Of a DNA stretch of 64,000 bases, positions 1-14,252 are shown piece by piece; positions within the stretch are counted from its first letter, which is position 1; each line of letters starts with the position of its first letter. The DNA comes from Octopus vulgaris (lineage: Eukaryota), in the NCBI GenBank assembly GCA_951406725.2, contig OX597833.1, forward strand, positions 50,158,001 through 50,222,000, read 5' to 3'. The notes beneath the pieces were generated by a model. That model saw nothing but the letters and a program-made list of their open reading frames with translations, made no database searches and had not been told where the DNA came from. Both the position numbers and the translations under genes were made by a program.

Positions 1-432
1 TGACACTGGGGTAAAATATACGGAAGCCCAACATACCCATCATTACTACCCGTCCCATAGGGGTACATTAGGCACTTGCATCACAACCATGTACGCAACA
101 TGGTGTTCTCATATCAAGATAAATAGCGCATGGACGATTAGCGCACCCGCTCAAAAGGTCCCTGAATTAGGGTTGTTTGAGGATGTTGAATGAAACACAT
201 GGCTATGATGCATCCCCACTACTTCTGCTCGAGATCAGAGATGCACATATAATCAGCTACTAAGAGACATGCTCAAGTAGTTACAGTCAAACAACTGACA
301 AGCAAATATGTGATATTGAGCAGAATATTTGCTGTAGCCCATCTTTTATACCAAGACAAAACAATGTATACGACAAGACTTCCAGTTAAGCTCAAAAACC
401 ATGAGAGTCACTGTCTGGTACTGCATCAGGGT
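1..432. mobile_element. Family C interspersed repeat, truncated by the window edge, with internal deletions
   Basis: Aligns by eye to 53990-54509 (tgacactggggtaaaatatacg...ctggtactgcatca) and to 58326-58505. Confidence 0.85.
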
Positions 433-439
433 AATTTTC

Positions 440-600
440 TGAGTTCAAATTCCGCCGAGGTCGACTTTGCCTTTCATCCTTTCGGGGTCGATAAATTAAG
501 TACCAGTTCACTGGGGTCGATGTAATCGACTTAATCCGTTTGTCTGTCCTTGTTTGTCCCCTCCCCCTGTGTTTAACCCCTTGTGGGTAGTAAAGTAATA
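440..600 (+). mobile_element. SINE family B, 5'-truncated (B box, Nin-like core, tail 1)
   Basis: gagttcaaattccgccgaggtcgactttgcctttcatcctttcggggtcgataaattaagtaccag...ccccttgtgggtagtaaag followed by (TAA)n. Confidence 0.85.
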
Positions 601-713
601 ATAATAATAATGATAATAATAATAATTATTATTATTATTACTATTATTATTTTCGAAAGATATGGCATTAGTGGTTCAGAATTCAGTATTGACAGTCAGC
701 ACACATGCATATG

Positions 714-823
<110 letters not shown>

Positions 824-1067
824 CAAGCACTTCTAGTTCTTCTTCCACCTTGCCACATATGATAATGTTTGTAATTCTCCTAGCAGATGTCTATCTCTTT
901 CATTTCACTATTTTGATTAAATGCTTGCGAGGAAAGAAAACTTTTCCTTCTGTATACATTAGCCAACTCCTGTATTTTTCTAATAGGTGGTGACGGAACA
1001 TCTATAAATAAACACGTTTACTACTGCCACACTTTGGCGTTATTTATTTATTGTATTTATTCATTAT

Positions 1068-1120
<53 letters not shown>

Positions 1121-1381
1121 GTGGTTGCTTCATTTTTTTCCGCATTGTGGTTTTTCGCCCTAGATTTTTATCATTATTGGCACTCGGAGATTAATCTACA
1201 GTTCAAAAATTTCACGGAGTTTGTCGAAGTTAATGTTTTTGTTTTTTCTAACAAATTTGTGGGAGACACTTCTGTTAGTTTTGCTGTTATCACCGTTGTT
1301 CTTGTGGATTGTAGAATACAGAAGAAAACTCACTTCTAAGATAAGATTTTAATGAGTCAGGCGAAACCTCTCTCTCTCTCT

Positions 1382-1773
1382 CTCTTTTACTCTTTTACTC
1401 GTTTCAGTCATTTGACTGCGGTCATGCTGGAGCACCGCCTTTAGTCCAGCAAATCGACCCCAGGACTTATTCTTTGTAAGCCCAGTACTTATTCTATCGG
1501 TCTCTTTTGCCGTATCGCTAAGTTACGGGGACGTAAACACACCAGCATCGGTTGCCAAGCTGGAAAGAACAAACACAGACACACAAACATATACACACAC
1601 ATACATATATACGACAGGCTTCTTTCAGTTTCCGTCTACCAAATCCACTGATAAGCCTTTGGTCGGCCCGAGGCTATAGCAGAAGACACTTGCCCAAGAT
1701 GCCAGGCAGTGGGACTGAACCCGGAACCATGTGGTTGGTTAGCAAGCTACTTACCACACAGCCGTCCTGCGCC
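1382..1773 (-). mobile_element. SINE family A, full length (tRNA-like head, internal (TA)n/(TG)n, tail ending in aagtaaaagagt repeats)
   Basis: Minus-strand head has A-box-like ggctgtgtgg and B-box-like ggttcagtccc; more than 10 homologous copies in the window; may match a described octopus tRNA-SINE (not verified). Confidence 0.9.
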
Positions 1774-2052
1774 GTGACTCAAGATTTCAGATCAAATTCG
1801 AGAGGCGCAGGCATGGCTATGCGATGTCGGATCTAATTCCCTTGCGCGGCACCTTAATGAAGTGTTTTCTACTATAACCCTAGGCTGATAAACGTATTGT
1901 GAGTTAATGGAATCTGTCTGAAAGCCCGGCAGGCGTGACTGTGCGGTAAGAACTCTGCTTCCCAATCACTTAAATGGTTTTGATTTACTGTCAGGTGACT
2001 GTTAGCCATCCTTATATGGAACATGCAAATGCACATTAAGGCAACGGATACA

Positions 2053-2415
2053 TACTCTTTTACTCTTTTACTTGTTTCAGTCATTTGATTGATGCCAAGC
2101 TGGAGCACCGCCTTTAGTCGAGCAAATCGACCCCAGGACGTTACGGGGACGCAAATACCCCAGCATCGGTTGTCAAGAGATGTTGGGGGGACAAACACAC
2201 ACACACATACACACATACACACATACACACATATATACATATAGATATAGATACGACGGGCTTCTTTCAGTTTCCGTCTACCAAATCCACTCACAAGGCT
2301 TTGGTTGGCCCGCAGCTATAGTAGAAGACACTTGCCCAAGGTGCCACGCAGTGGGACTGAACCCGGAACCATGTAGTTGGTAAGCAAGCTACTTACCACA
2401 CAGTCACTCCTGCGC
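2053..2415 (-). mobile_element. SINE family A with internal deletion
   Basis: Homologous to 1382-1773; lacks the ttattctttgtaag...gctaag segment. Confidence 0.9.
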
Positions 2416-3184
2416 AACAAATATACATATGGGTAGTACGGGAGCCGTGCACATACACATTGCGCAGCGCAAACGCATACATATAAGCAATATACATAAG
2501 TATCATAATAAATACACCACAGAACCACATACGCAAAGCTGACACACGCTCCGATACAGATCCTCTGCAAACGTATACGAGCACTTGGAACTTGTTTCAC
2601 ACACACACACTCCCGAACATCAAAAAAACTATTCATACAAATACCTCCCCCACCACACACACATACTAACAAACAAATACACACACACACACACACACAA
2701 GCACACACAGACTCAAATATATACTCACACTTTCTCTATCCCACTTTCACACAAATATACGCATGCTCTTTCCCTTCTCTCTCTCTCACTCCCTCTCGCT
2801 CTCTCACTCTCTCTCTCTCATTTTCGTTCTCTCTTTCTCTCTTTCATTTTCGGTCTCTCTTTCTCTCTCTCTCTCTCTCTTATTCACAAATACCTACACA
2901 CGCACATATACACCCACACAGTCATCTATACACATACGCTTTTTTTTTCATTCCTTCTCTTCCTCTCACTCTCTTATACCTACATACACACACGCACGCA
3001 CACACACACACATACACATACTCCCTCTCTTTCTCCCTGTATATCTCCCTCTCTCTCTCTCCGTCTCTCTCTCTCTCTCTCTCTCAATACATACACCTAC
3101 ACACACATATTCATAGAGATACATACATGAACACACACATAAATACGAACATAATCACATACATCTATAAATACAAACATGTAA

Positions 3185-3223
<39 letters not shown>

Positions 3224-3794
3224 GCGCGCGCACTGTTAACACGCATATTATTTCGATAAGCGCTCTACACACCACCACTTGATTTCATTATGAAAGAGGG
3301 GGGCGTGCACATAACACACTGGTCCCCCACCTTCACACATTCTGTCACCTGAAATTCTTAAGATTCGCGTTTATATAAGAAGCGATTGTCAAAGAGAATC
3401 AACATACAACACCCAGCCACTTCCTTCTCTCGGTTCTTTCTTTACTTCTTTTACCTTCGCTTACCTCACGCACTTTCTTCCCACCATTCTCCGCTGCCAT
3501 TCCACTCATCCACCCTTAAATTAACCCACCCACCCGCACGCACGCACACACACACACACCCACCCACCCATATACCTGAGAGTTAATCACTTTTCCATCA
3601 ACACCAGAGCTTTTTAAATGATTGAAATTAAAACGCAAGGATGAGATTTGAAATGCAAGAAAATAAGGTGGTTAGAGCGGGGTGGGCGTTGGAGGATTGA
3701 GGTTGTGAAAAAGTATCTGAAGTGCAAGAATATGGAGCTGCCAAGATGAAGATTTATAGCACAGAATTGAAAATACTCTTCAAAAGAACAGTAC

Positions 3795-3889
3795 CGTTTA
3801 GTGTTTCGACAGTTCCATAGAAATTGAACGATTGCTACCAGAATAAAGGGAACTCTCTTAATGTAAATTATTCCTGGATTTTTCGCCAT
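3795..3889 (-). CDS. Candidate signal-peptide-like coding exon (MAKNPGIIYIKRVPFILVAIVQFLWNCRNTK..)
   Basis: Unique sequence; ATG in aaaaATGG context; basic residues followed by a 13-aa hydrophobic stretch; possible donor CG|GTACTG; no homology recognised. Confidence 0.2.
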
Positions 3890-3959
3890 TTTTGTTTGTT
3901 TTTGTTTTGTCATTGGTTTTTTTAAAAATAAAAATGACATTCTTCTGCTGAAAAATGTA

Positions 3960-4367
3960 TCATCATCATCATCGTCACGTCGACAGCATCATCATCATCA
4001 ACTCATCATGGTCGTCGTCGTCGTCATCTTCATTGTTGTCGTCATCATCATCATCATCACCATCGACAGCATCATCATGGTCGCCGTCGTCGTCATCATC
4101 ATCGTCGTCGTCATCATCATCATCATCGTCGTCGTCATCATCGTCGTCATAGTCGGCGTCGTCGTCGTCATCATCATCATCAACATCATCCTCATCCTCA
4201 TCCTCATCATCATGGTCGTCGTCGTCATCATCATCCTCATCATCATGGTCGTCGTCGTGATCATCATCATCATCATCATCGACGTCGTCGTCGTCATCTT
4301 CATCATCTTCATCATCAACATCATCATCGCCGCCGCCGCCGCCGTCGCCTCCGCCGTGCGCCGTCAT
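3960..4367. repeat. Compound (CAT)n/(CGT)n/(CGC)n trinucleotide repeat
   Basis: Direct reading. Confidence 0.97.
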
Positions 4368-4631
4368 CTTTTTTTTTTTGTTTGTTTTTTTCTTTCCTCT
4401 CCTATCCTATACCACCCATCCTAAAACAAGCTACCTTATTATCGCTACCATCAGCATCACCAACACCATCCTCATCACCATCGTCATCACCATCGTCATC
4501 ACCATCTTCAATTAACTTTCTTTCACACTCCCGTCTTTTGTTAACATCCCGTCTTTTTTTTCTTTCTTCTTTTTCCTTCCATGTTCTTCGTTCGTTCTTT
4601 GATGAAAATTTCCCACCTTGTTTTTTCATCT

Positions 4632-4632
4632 G

Positions 4633-4678
<46 letters not shown>

Positions 4679-4764
4679 CACTACTACCACTACCACTACT
4701 ACTACCACCACTACTACTACCACCACTACTACTACTACTACTATTACTACCACCACTACCATTG

Positions 4765-4813
<49 letters not shown>

Positions 4814-4826
4814 CACCACCACCACC

Positions 4827-4868
<42 letters not shown>
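4632..4868. repeat. Compound (CTA)n/(CCA)n trinucleotide repeat
   Basis: Direct reading. Confidence 0.97.
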
Positions 4869-4869
<1 letters not shown>

Positions 4870-5746
4870 TGTTTCCAATTGTAGCAACTCTCTGACTGTT
4901 CTGCTTTCTTTTGATGACTTTCATGTCCCCCCTCATCAGCCATTGAAACCCCCCCACCAAAAAAAAAAGAAAAAAAAAAACTGCACCCGTCCCTCAAACA
5001 GAGAACGAACAACAACTCTAAACACATTCACTCACTTAAAACGGGAATTCTTACACATTCGAAGACACCCACTTCCTTCCCTCTTTCCTTCTTTCCTTCC
5101 CTCTTTCCTTCCTCTCGTTATCTATTTTTCTTTATATTTTCACTTATATCTTCTTTCAGTTTTATTCTTTTTTTTTTCTTTCCTCTTCAAGTCTTTAGTT
5201 TCGTTAAAAATCCTTTTGTTAGTTCGCTCCTCTCTATTTCTCTCTCTCTCATTCTTTCTTTTCATTCAATTCATTCCAATTACTATATTCATTTTCTTTA
5301 ATTTTTTAATTTTCCTTCTTCTATCCTTTATACTTCATTTTTGCTCTTTCATTCTGTCTCTTCGTATACCTGTCTGTCTGTCTGTCCGTCTGTTTGTCGT
5401 ATCGTTCTTCCTGAGATTTTTTTCTTCTGTATGTTTGTCAATCTATCAATAACAACACTTAGGAATCGTTTCCATTGAATGCTACTTCAAATGCACACAC
5501 ACACGCACACACGCACACACGAACACACACGCACTCACACCCATACGCACGCACTCACACCCACATGTACCTATATATGTATGTCTTTGAACATGCGTAT
5601 ACATATGGATGCATCAATATATATACATATACATATATTCATATATTTATATATACACACATATATAAACACACATGTATACATGCATATACATATTTAT
5701 ATACACACATACATATATACACATACATATATACACACTCATACGT

Positions 5747-5798
<52 letters not shown>

Positions 5799-6107
5799 CC
5801 ATACACAATAGACATACATACTTACACACACATATATACATACATGATTATATATGTAAATATATGTGTGTGGATACACTCACATGCATGTGTTTGAGCA
5901 AATACGCACCCGCACGCACACAACAACAACAACAACAACAACTCCACGTTTGTCTTTTATGAATGTATTGCTCATTTTATCATTTCATAGCATCCATTCT
6001 TCAGCATTTTTCCCTGCGAAACAATAAGTGAAGAAGCATGGAAACATGCTCATACATACATCACCACCAACCCACACACATACATCCATTCACTCTCTCT
6101 CACTCTC

Positions 6108-6144
<37 letters not shown>

Positions 6145-6765
6145 TGCCTACATATGTGCACACAAACAGAATGCGTTTAAATTCCGTTAAAGCACTCCGA
6201 TGACTGAATACACATCTGTTCCCCTTTTGCTTCCTTACAAACGCTTACACATACAAATTTATTCAAACGTACGTTCACTTCAGCGCACCTACATACGCAC
6301 AGCGGCATTCAAACGCGCGTATGTTCTGTGTGAGAATTCGAATCCATACTTTGTGTCTAATGTCTTATCGTCAGTGTGTTTGGAGAAAATATACTTAGTC
6401 AGGATATATCTTTTATAAAGGATTTCCTCTTGTTATGAGCCGCTAAAATAACCGACAGGTCAAATTCATTTTGAGTATTTGTTAGGCTTGTCCAATGTAT
6501 TCAGAATAAAGATAAAATTTTTGGAACGCAACCAAATACTGCTATAATAATTTGTCTGAGGTTGTGATATCTGACACTAGAATATGTGTGTGTGTGTATA
6601 GAGATATATACACACACACATACATACATACATTAACATATATACAGATATATAGAAATGTACATACATATGTAAATACATACATGCATACATACAAATA
6701 TAGGGACAAATATACGTAATTACATACACAAACAGACACACATGGACTGACGGACAGACAAGTAT

Positions 6766-6859
<94 letters not shown>

Positions 6860-7811
6860 TGCATCACCCTGTCAATATGTCCCTTTGCGGAACATCTAGT
6901 CCGCTTAAACTGATCAATTCATTGTTGTGTGTGAATGTGAGTGTGTGGACGTGTTTACGTACGTGTGTCAGTGTGTAACATGTCAACCTAACACCCTCAT
7001 GTTTTCTTTTATCTTTTATGTCTTTTCCTTTCTTTCATCTCTTCCTGTTGTCTCCTGGGCATAATTCTGCTATCCGACAAAGGATTTAATTCCGAAACGT
7101 TATGCTTTTACTCTGTAACATTTACTTTACAATTTATTTGCCTTCTTTGAGCGTCAACTTATTAAATGTAATTGTTCTTTGAATTTATTTTGCTATATAC
7201 ACAAATATACAAATGTATATGTACGCGTGTGCGTGTGTATGTGGAGGGGGGCTTCTTTGCGTATAATAATGATGATGACGATGATCATGATCATGATGAT
7301 GATGTTGATGATGATGACGACGACGACGACGACGACCACGGCGGCGACGATGATGATAGTAATGAATATAATAACGGAAAGGATAGCAAAACTATAAACG
7401 AAATGCCAGCGTGTCAAAAGTTCTGGAATGTAAAACCAATATGAACGGGGCAAATATTAGGACCCCAAATGATTACTATGTGTGTTTGCTCTTTTTTATT
7501 TTTGTCAAATCTATATAAGGTTATGGACTTTTTATTTCTTGACACTTCACTCACCAGATTGAATAACAAATATTTTTGTAGCACGTAAACATTATTCTCC
7601 GTTGGGTCTTTTGTTTAGTATATATAACACGCATTTATGAACGTCCACTGATAAAACTATAAATCGTGCGTTTACATAATTTCTGTGATTTGTTAATAAC
7701 AGCTGAAAACGGAGACGATATTTATCTAAAATGCAAGGCACCGTTCAATGAATTTTTGACACCTTTTTTGAATGGCATGCTGAATTGAGAAAATGAGAGA
7801 ATAGAGTGCTT

Positions 7812-8650
<839 letters not shown>

Positions 8651-8912
8651 TCTATTATTTAAAATCCTTTCTGTCTGTGTGTGTGTGTGTGTCTTCTCGG
8701 ATCTCGGGCATCCTCCATCCGATTGCACTCAAATTTGATATGTAGATACCGACGGTATCAGGGCGCGTATAAGTCTTGTAAAAATTACAAAAATCGATTC
8801 CAAGTGAGAAGGCGATCGAGAAAGCCGTGCGAACGTCCATTTGTACGCGCAGGTACATCAACTGTTGCGATGTGTTAATATTTGTGTAAATAATATCGTT
8901 TGTCTTTGGAAT

Positions 8913-8995
<83 letters not shown>

Positions 8996-9075
8996 CAATA
9001 ACATACACACATACATATCAAAACTTACAACATACTGCTATGGCAGTACCGTTAGCGGGATACTCAGATAACTAG
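8651..9075 (+). mobile_element. Non-autonomous Helitron-like element
   Basis: A|TC start (tctattatttaaaa) followed by ctgt/(GT)n; imperfect subterminal hairpin gtaccgttagcgggatac; CTAG|T end at 9072-9075; no TSD. Confidence 0.6.
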
Positions 9076-9238
9076 TGGAGAGTATCTGTAACTACTGGTT
9101 CGATTCTAGTAGTTTCCCTAACATCTAGATATTTGTATATAATTCTTTCCATCTTTCCCTCCTTTTCTGTCTGTCCTTCAGTCTGTCTCTCTTTCTCCAG
9201 CCCCCTGCATACAATATATCTATCTATCTATCTATCTA

Positions 9239-9272
<34 letters not shown>

Positions 9273-9274
<2 letters not shown>

Positions 9275-9476
9275 GGAGTAAACACATAAATGTGAAACAA
9301 GGTGGAAAAAAGAGTACTCAAATACCAGTGGTAGAGTAAGATGCTTTATTTTAAGCAGCAGAAATTCAACAAAATCTGTTACTCTGAGTTTCTCGTTGAA
9401 AAACTGTCTGATGAACGGCAACGAGAAACTCAGAGTAACAGATTTTGTTGAATTTTCTGTTGCTTAAAATAAAGTA
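9273..9476. mobile_element. Penelope-like pseudo-LTR fragments in inverted arrangement (HHR family 1)
   Basis: Arms 9342-9398 and 9419-9476 are near-perfect reverse complements; flanked by (TA)n; homologue at 41420-41573; contains a hammerhead fold. Confidence 0.7.
9404..9441 (+). ncRNA. Minimal type I hammerhead ribozyme
   Basis: CTGT-CTGATGA-ACG(GCAA)CGA-GAA-ACTC(A)GAGT-A-ACAG: stem I CTGT/ACAG, intact core, GNRA-capped stem II (A.A at its base in this copy), quasi-palindromic stem III, GUA cleavage triplet. Confidence 0.75.
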
Positions 9477-10392
9477 TATATATATATATATACAGACACA
9501 TGTACATATACACACACACACACACATGTATACATGCGCGTGTATGTCTGATGTGTAAATGCTAACGTATATTCGTGCGCGTCTGTTTCCCGCTGTGCAA
9601 CGAACTGTACGCGTATGAATGCGTTGTGATGTAACGTCCATGTTTCATGTTTGCGTTGCAGAGTGTGAACGAAGAATAAACAGGTGTAACTGAGAGCCAA
9701 GCGCCATATTTACTTGTCTTAAAGTCAACCGTCAAGCTGACACGGTAACAGATCGATTTACAAGCTGTTCTTTCACCTTCTTCCCACACATATCTGCCCG
9801 TTAAAAAAGAAAGTTGTCGACACATCAACGTCGGCGACATGACTATATTGACGCACAGTCTGTTTATCTGATCGCGATTTTGTATAATACCTTCGCTGGC
9901 TCAACGTTCTGGTATCGTCTGCCTCTATACTCATAAGATAAACGTCTGGAGATGACGTCATTCGTCTATTTCCCAGAATGCTCGCGTAATAATCATAGGA
10001 ATAACTATGTCCCAGCCCAGGCAAGTCACGTTGATACGTTTGATGTTGAATTAATCTAGAGTTTGTGTGTCTGTTTGTATATGCGTTTGTAAATACGCGT
10101 ATGTATGCGTATGTTTGTGTGTGTATTTCTTTGTGTCTGGCGGAAGAGAGAACAAATTTGAACGAAAGAGGAATAAGAAGAAAGAAGGAAGTGAAAGACC
10201 GATGGGGCTGGGTGGAGGAAAGCTGGAAGAAGAATGGATGGAACAAAGGAAGGGTTGTTGGGATGTAGGATAAGAGGGAAAGAGATGGAGAAAGAAAATC
10301 AGGGAGATTAACAAATGATTAAAATACTAGTGAATGCATAATCTGATGTTAAGGCAACCAGATGAGTCAGACACTGTGTGTGTGTGTATATA

Positions 10393-10431
<39 letters not shown>

Positions 10432-10573
10432 AGACGTGTGTATGTATATGTTCATGGATGTGTGTAGTGATGTGCGTATGAATGTTTTACGTAATACTTT
10501 GCCTTGATTTGTATAACAGCAACAACAACAACCACAACAATAACAATAATAACAACGTACAATAACAATAATA

Positions 10574-10781
10574 ATCCTTTCTACTACAGGTACACAAGGC
10601 CTGAGGTTTGGTGGAAGGAGATAGTTGATTACATTTGACTCCGGTACTGGTACTTCTTTTATCGACCCCAAAAAGGATGAAAGGTAAAGTCGACATCGGA
10701 GGAATTTGCCCGGTGTGCTAACGATTCTGCCAGCTCGCTGCCCTTAACAACAACAACGATAATAATAATAATAATAATAAT

Positions 10782-10838
<57 letters not shown>

Positions 10839-11562
10839 CCTTTGTACCATAGGCACTAAGGCCCGTGGTTTAGGAGGAGGGTAAGTCCATTACATTGACC
10901 CCAGTACACAACTGATACTTATTTTATCGACCCCGAAAGGACGAAAGGTAAAGTTGACTTCGTCGGAATTTGAACTCAGGACGTAAAGAAGGACGAAATG
11001 CCGATAAGCATTTTGCCTGGCGTGCTAACGATTCTGCCAATTCGCCACCTTCACAACAACAACAACAATAATAAACCTTTCTATTGTAGGCACAAGGCCT
11101 GAAATTTTGTGGAGAGGTTAGTCGATTACATCAACCCCACTACGTAACTGGTACTTATATTACCAACCCCGATAAGATGAAAAGCAAAGCTCACCGCGCG
11201 GCATTTGAACGGACGAAATTCTACCAGCCATTTATCTGGTGTGGTAACGTTTCTACCAGCTCGCCGCCTTAATAACAATAGTATCGATCTCAAATGCACA
11301 ATGACACAATGGCATCAATGGCACAATGACATCAATGGCACAATGACAGCAATGGCACAATGACAGCAATGGCATAATGGCACAATGACAGTAATTTCGG
11401 AAGAAGGTTTAAGGTCATTGCGGTATTCAACTCATACTTATTGTATCGACCCAACAAGGATGTAAAACAGAGTCGGCCCCGGTGTAATTTGAACTCAGAA
11501 CGTCGAAATGCCGCTATGCATTTCGCCCAGCGTGCTAACGATTCTACCAGCTCGTCACCTTA
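10574..11562 (-). mobile_element. Cluster of four same-orientation SINE family B monomers (~10574-10744, 10836-11051, 11076-11271, 11380-11562)
   Basis: Each has ggcgagctggcagaatcgttagcac-like head, Nin-like core and tail 2; separated by (AAT/AAC)n. Confidence 0.85.
11296..11392. repeat. Minisatellite, ~17 bp unit aatggcacaatgaca(t/g)c
   Basis: About 5 imperfect units read directly. Confidence 0.85.
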
Positions 11563-12617
11563 ATAATAATATAAGTGATGGGAAATTTAACATGCGCATA
11601 TAAGAGCTTAATCTTTGTAAACACGTTTTAATATATGCGAACGCACATGTATTTATGCAATCGTAAACACACGCATACATTCATTGATATACATGTGTGA
11701 GACCCACATATATGCGCGAGTAAATGATGGCATGTGTGTGTGTGTGTGTGTGTATGTGTGTGTGCGTGCGTGATTCATTCGCGCCAGGGTTTCGACTTAA
11801 AGCTATGCGATTAAACATCTGAGAACAAAGGACTCCCTATAGATCCCTGAAAGGTTTGTGTCTTTGTGTGCACACATGGATATACACATAAGCACCCCTA
11901 CACAAATAGACGATCAATCAATCAATCAGTCAATCAATCAATCAATCAATCAATCAAACAATCAATCTATCTGTCTGCTGTCTTTCTCTATATCTATCTA
12001 ATTATCAGTATATCTATATATCTATCTATCTATCTTTATCTGTCTAGGTATGTATGTATCTATCTATCTATCTACACATACACACACGCGTGTGCGTGCA
12101 CACACACACACACGCTTGCGCGCGCGCACACACACACAGGGTGCGCTCGCACGTGTATGTAGAGGTGTGTGCCAGTGAGAATGTGTGTGTGTCTGCGTGT
12201 AAGAGTGTGTGCGTGCTCTTTTCCTATTGAATTAAGTATGTTTAAATTATTCATCAGAGGTTTATAACACAACAAGTAAGATACATCAATAAATTTTGTT
12301 TTTCTTTGCAGTATATAAATATTATTAATTCGGAATATCTATTGTTACAGCAAAAACCTTTTTTCTCTGAAGCTGAAGAAGCTATTTAACGACTTAAGAA
12401 TTGTATTATATATAAATATTAAAGTAACATTATTACAATCGTCTTTTTCATTAAAGAAGGAGGCTGCTTCTTTTTGTCGCTAGTATAAAGATATTCATCC
12501 CTGTAACAAACATCATTGTGAAATCGTTTCAAGCTTTCAAAAGATAAATTCTCTTTTACATTTTGTTTCAAGTAAATTTTCATAATGACTCTTCATTCTC
12601 AAGAGACGTTAGTACAT

Positions 12618-12732
<115 letters not shown>

Positions 12733-13387
12733 CATACATACATACATACATACATACATACATACATACATACATACATACATACAAATGTGCGTGTATT
12801 GTTTAAGATGCTAAAATTCTATGGAAATTTAACGCTGACTTTAAAACAAATGTTGGATACATCTAATAGAGTTTAAATTGCTTTTCAATGTATATTGTTC
12901 CTTAACTTAAGTTTATACTTTGAATCATTTAGATCTGATGAAATACTTGTGTAGCTGAAGTATCTGTCTGTATTCGATGTCGAGAAATAATAGAGGTATT
13001 CTTGTTAAAGGCTAATTGCAAATAGGAGGTGTAGCACCTTCCGTGACCTTTGTGGATATTGCCTTGATTTCACTGTATATTTCCTTGATTTGACGTTGGT
13101 TCATTCCGCTCTCCTGACACAAATGAGTTGTGCGTGGATTTTATTAAGAAAAAAATCTACTATAATAATACTCGTGTATTTCTCCGTCACCCACCACACA
13201 TGAATGAGAAAGGAAGGGGGTGATAGATGAATAAAGAAGGAAAGGGTGATATCAAATTGGAAGTGGGATGGTGAACATTCAACGCTGTAAAGGAAACAGC
13301 GTTTCAACTCTGTGAGTATATGTGTGTATTTGTTTGCGTGTGTAAGGGAACTGTGATCATTATGTAACTTATTTTGTACCTTATTTA

Positions 13388-13882
13388 TCTCTATATATAA
13401 AGCTGTAGTTGTCTGTGTATGGTAGGTTTGGTAGCCTTCAACTAACACTATCTCCTCCGAGACCCTGCGGCGCAAGTTGACCAAAATTGAGAATATGATA
13501 GAAGAAGGCTTGCTCTTTATTCCGTAGAGGATAAAATTCAAATCGGACCATGTTAAGACCAAAAATTATTTACATGAAAAACGTGCTTTTTTCTATGAGA
13601 ATCCCTATTTTTACGATTTTTTGACTGCTGTGTCGCCATTTTTCAAATCGGACCATGTTAACTCCAAAAATTATTAACATCAAAAAAGTGCTTTTTATCT
13701 ATGAAAATCCCTATTTTTTACGATTTTTTGACTGTTGTGTCGCTATTTTTTGGTGTATTTCAACCAGAAAAATGTTCACTTAAAGAGAATAACAAGCTAC
13801 ATAATGCAAAAATTTAACTTTTCAAAAATTCCAATTCTAAAGGGTCGAAACAAACCCGAGCAATTCCGGGCGATACTGCTAG
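13388..13882 (+). mobile_element. Non-autonomous Helitron
   Basis: A|TC start (tctctatatataaagctgtagttgt); 3' hairpin cccgagcaattccggg then CTAG|T; ~105 bp internal tandem duplication at 13536-13750. Confidence 0.85.
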
Positions 13883-14004
13883 TATATATATAATACTACA
13901 ATTAGCCTTCATTTTTAATGGCACGGGATCAGCTAGTGAGGTTGTAATTTGTAAGGCTCGCGTCATCTATACACTGGATGTGTTACGTCTTTTTAGTTAA
14001 TATT

Positions 14005-14252
14005 AATCAACTAGTTAATTATTTACGTAATCGATTGTTTGGCTAATTGTAAGATCAATCAAACGGCTGGTTTTCCAGAGTCCTTTCGGCTCCCTCTGCT
14101 AAATCACCAATGTTCCCACGCCTGCATTGTATTCGAGTTTCTGTTCGACCTAGAGCTCCCGAGGTTATAGAGGGCAGGGAAAGAACTCTGGCAAATCTGA
14201 TCTATTGATCAAACGGTTGTTCAAACATTTGATTAGTTAATTAGTTGACTGA
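14005..14252. mobile_element. Degenerate foldback/MITE-like element
   Basis: Nested inverted segments: tcaactagttaa/ttaattagttga, gatcaat/attgatc, ccagagtcctttcggctccctct/agagggcagggaaagaactctgg. Confidence 0.55.

Noticed and set aside
1349-1368. ttaatgagtcaggcgaaacc hammerhead-like words
   Set aside because: Core is broken and there is no stem III/NUH or stem I
4382-5452. 356-aa ORF
   Set aside because: Composed of trinucleotide repeats and pyrimidine tracts
12914-12980. CTGATGA followed by a possible stem
   Set aside because: No GAAA after the stem
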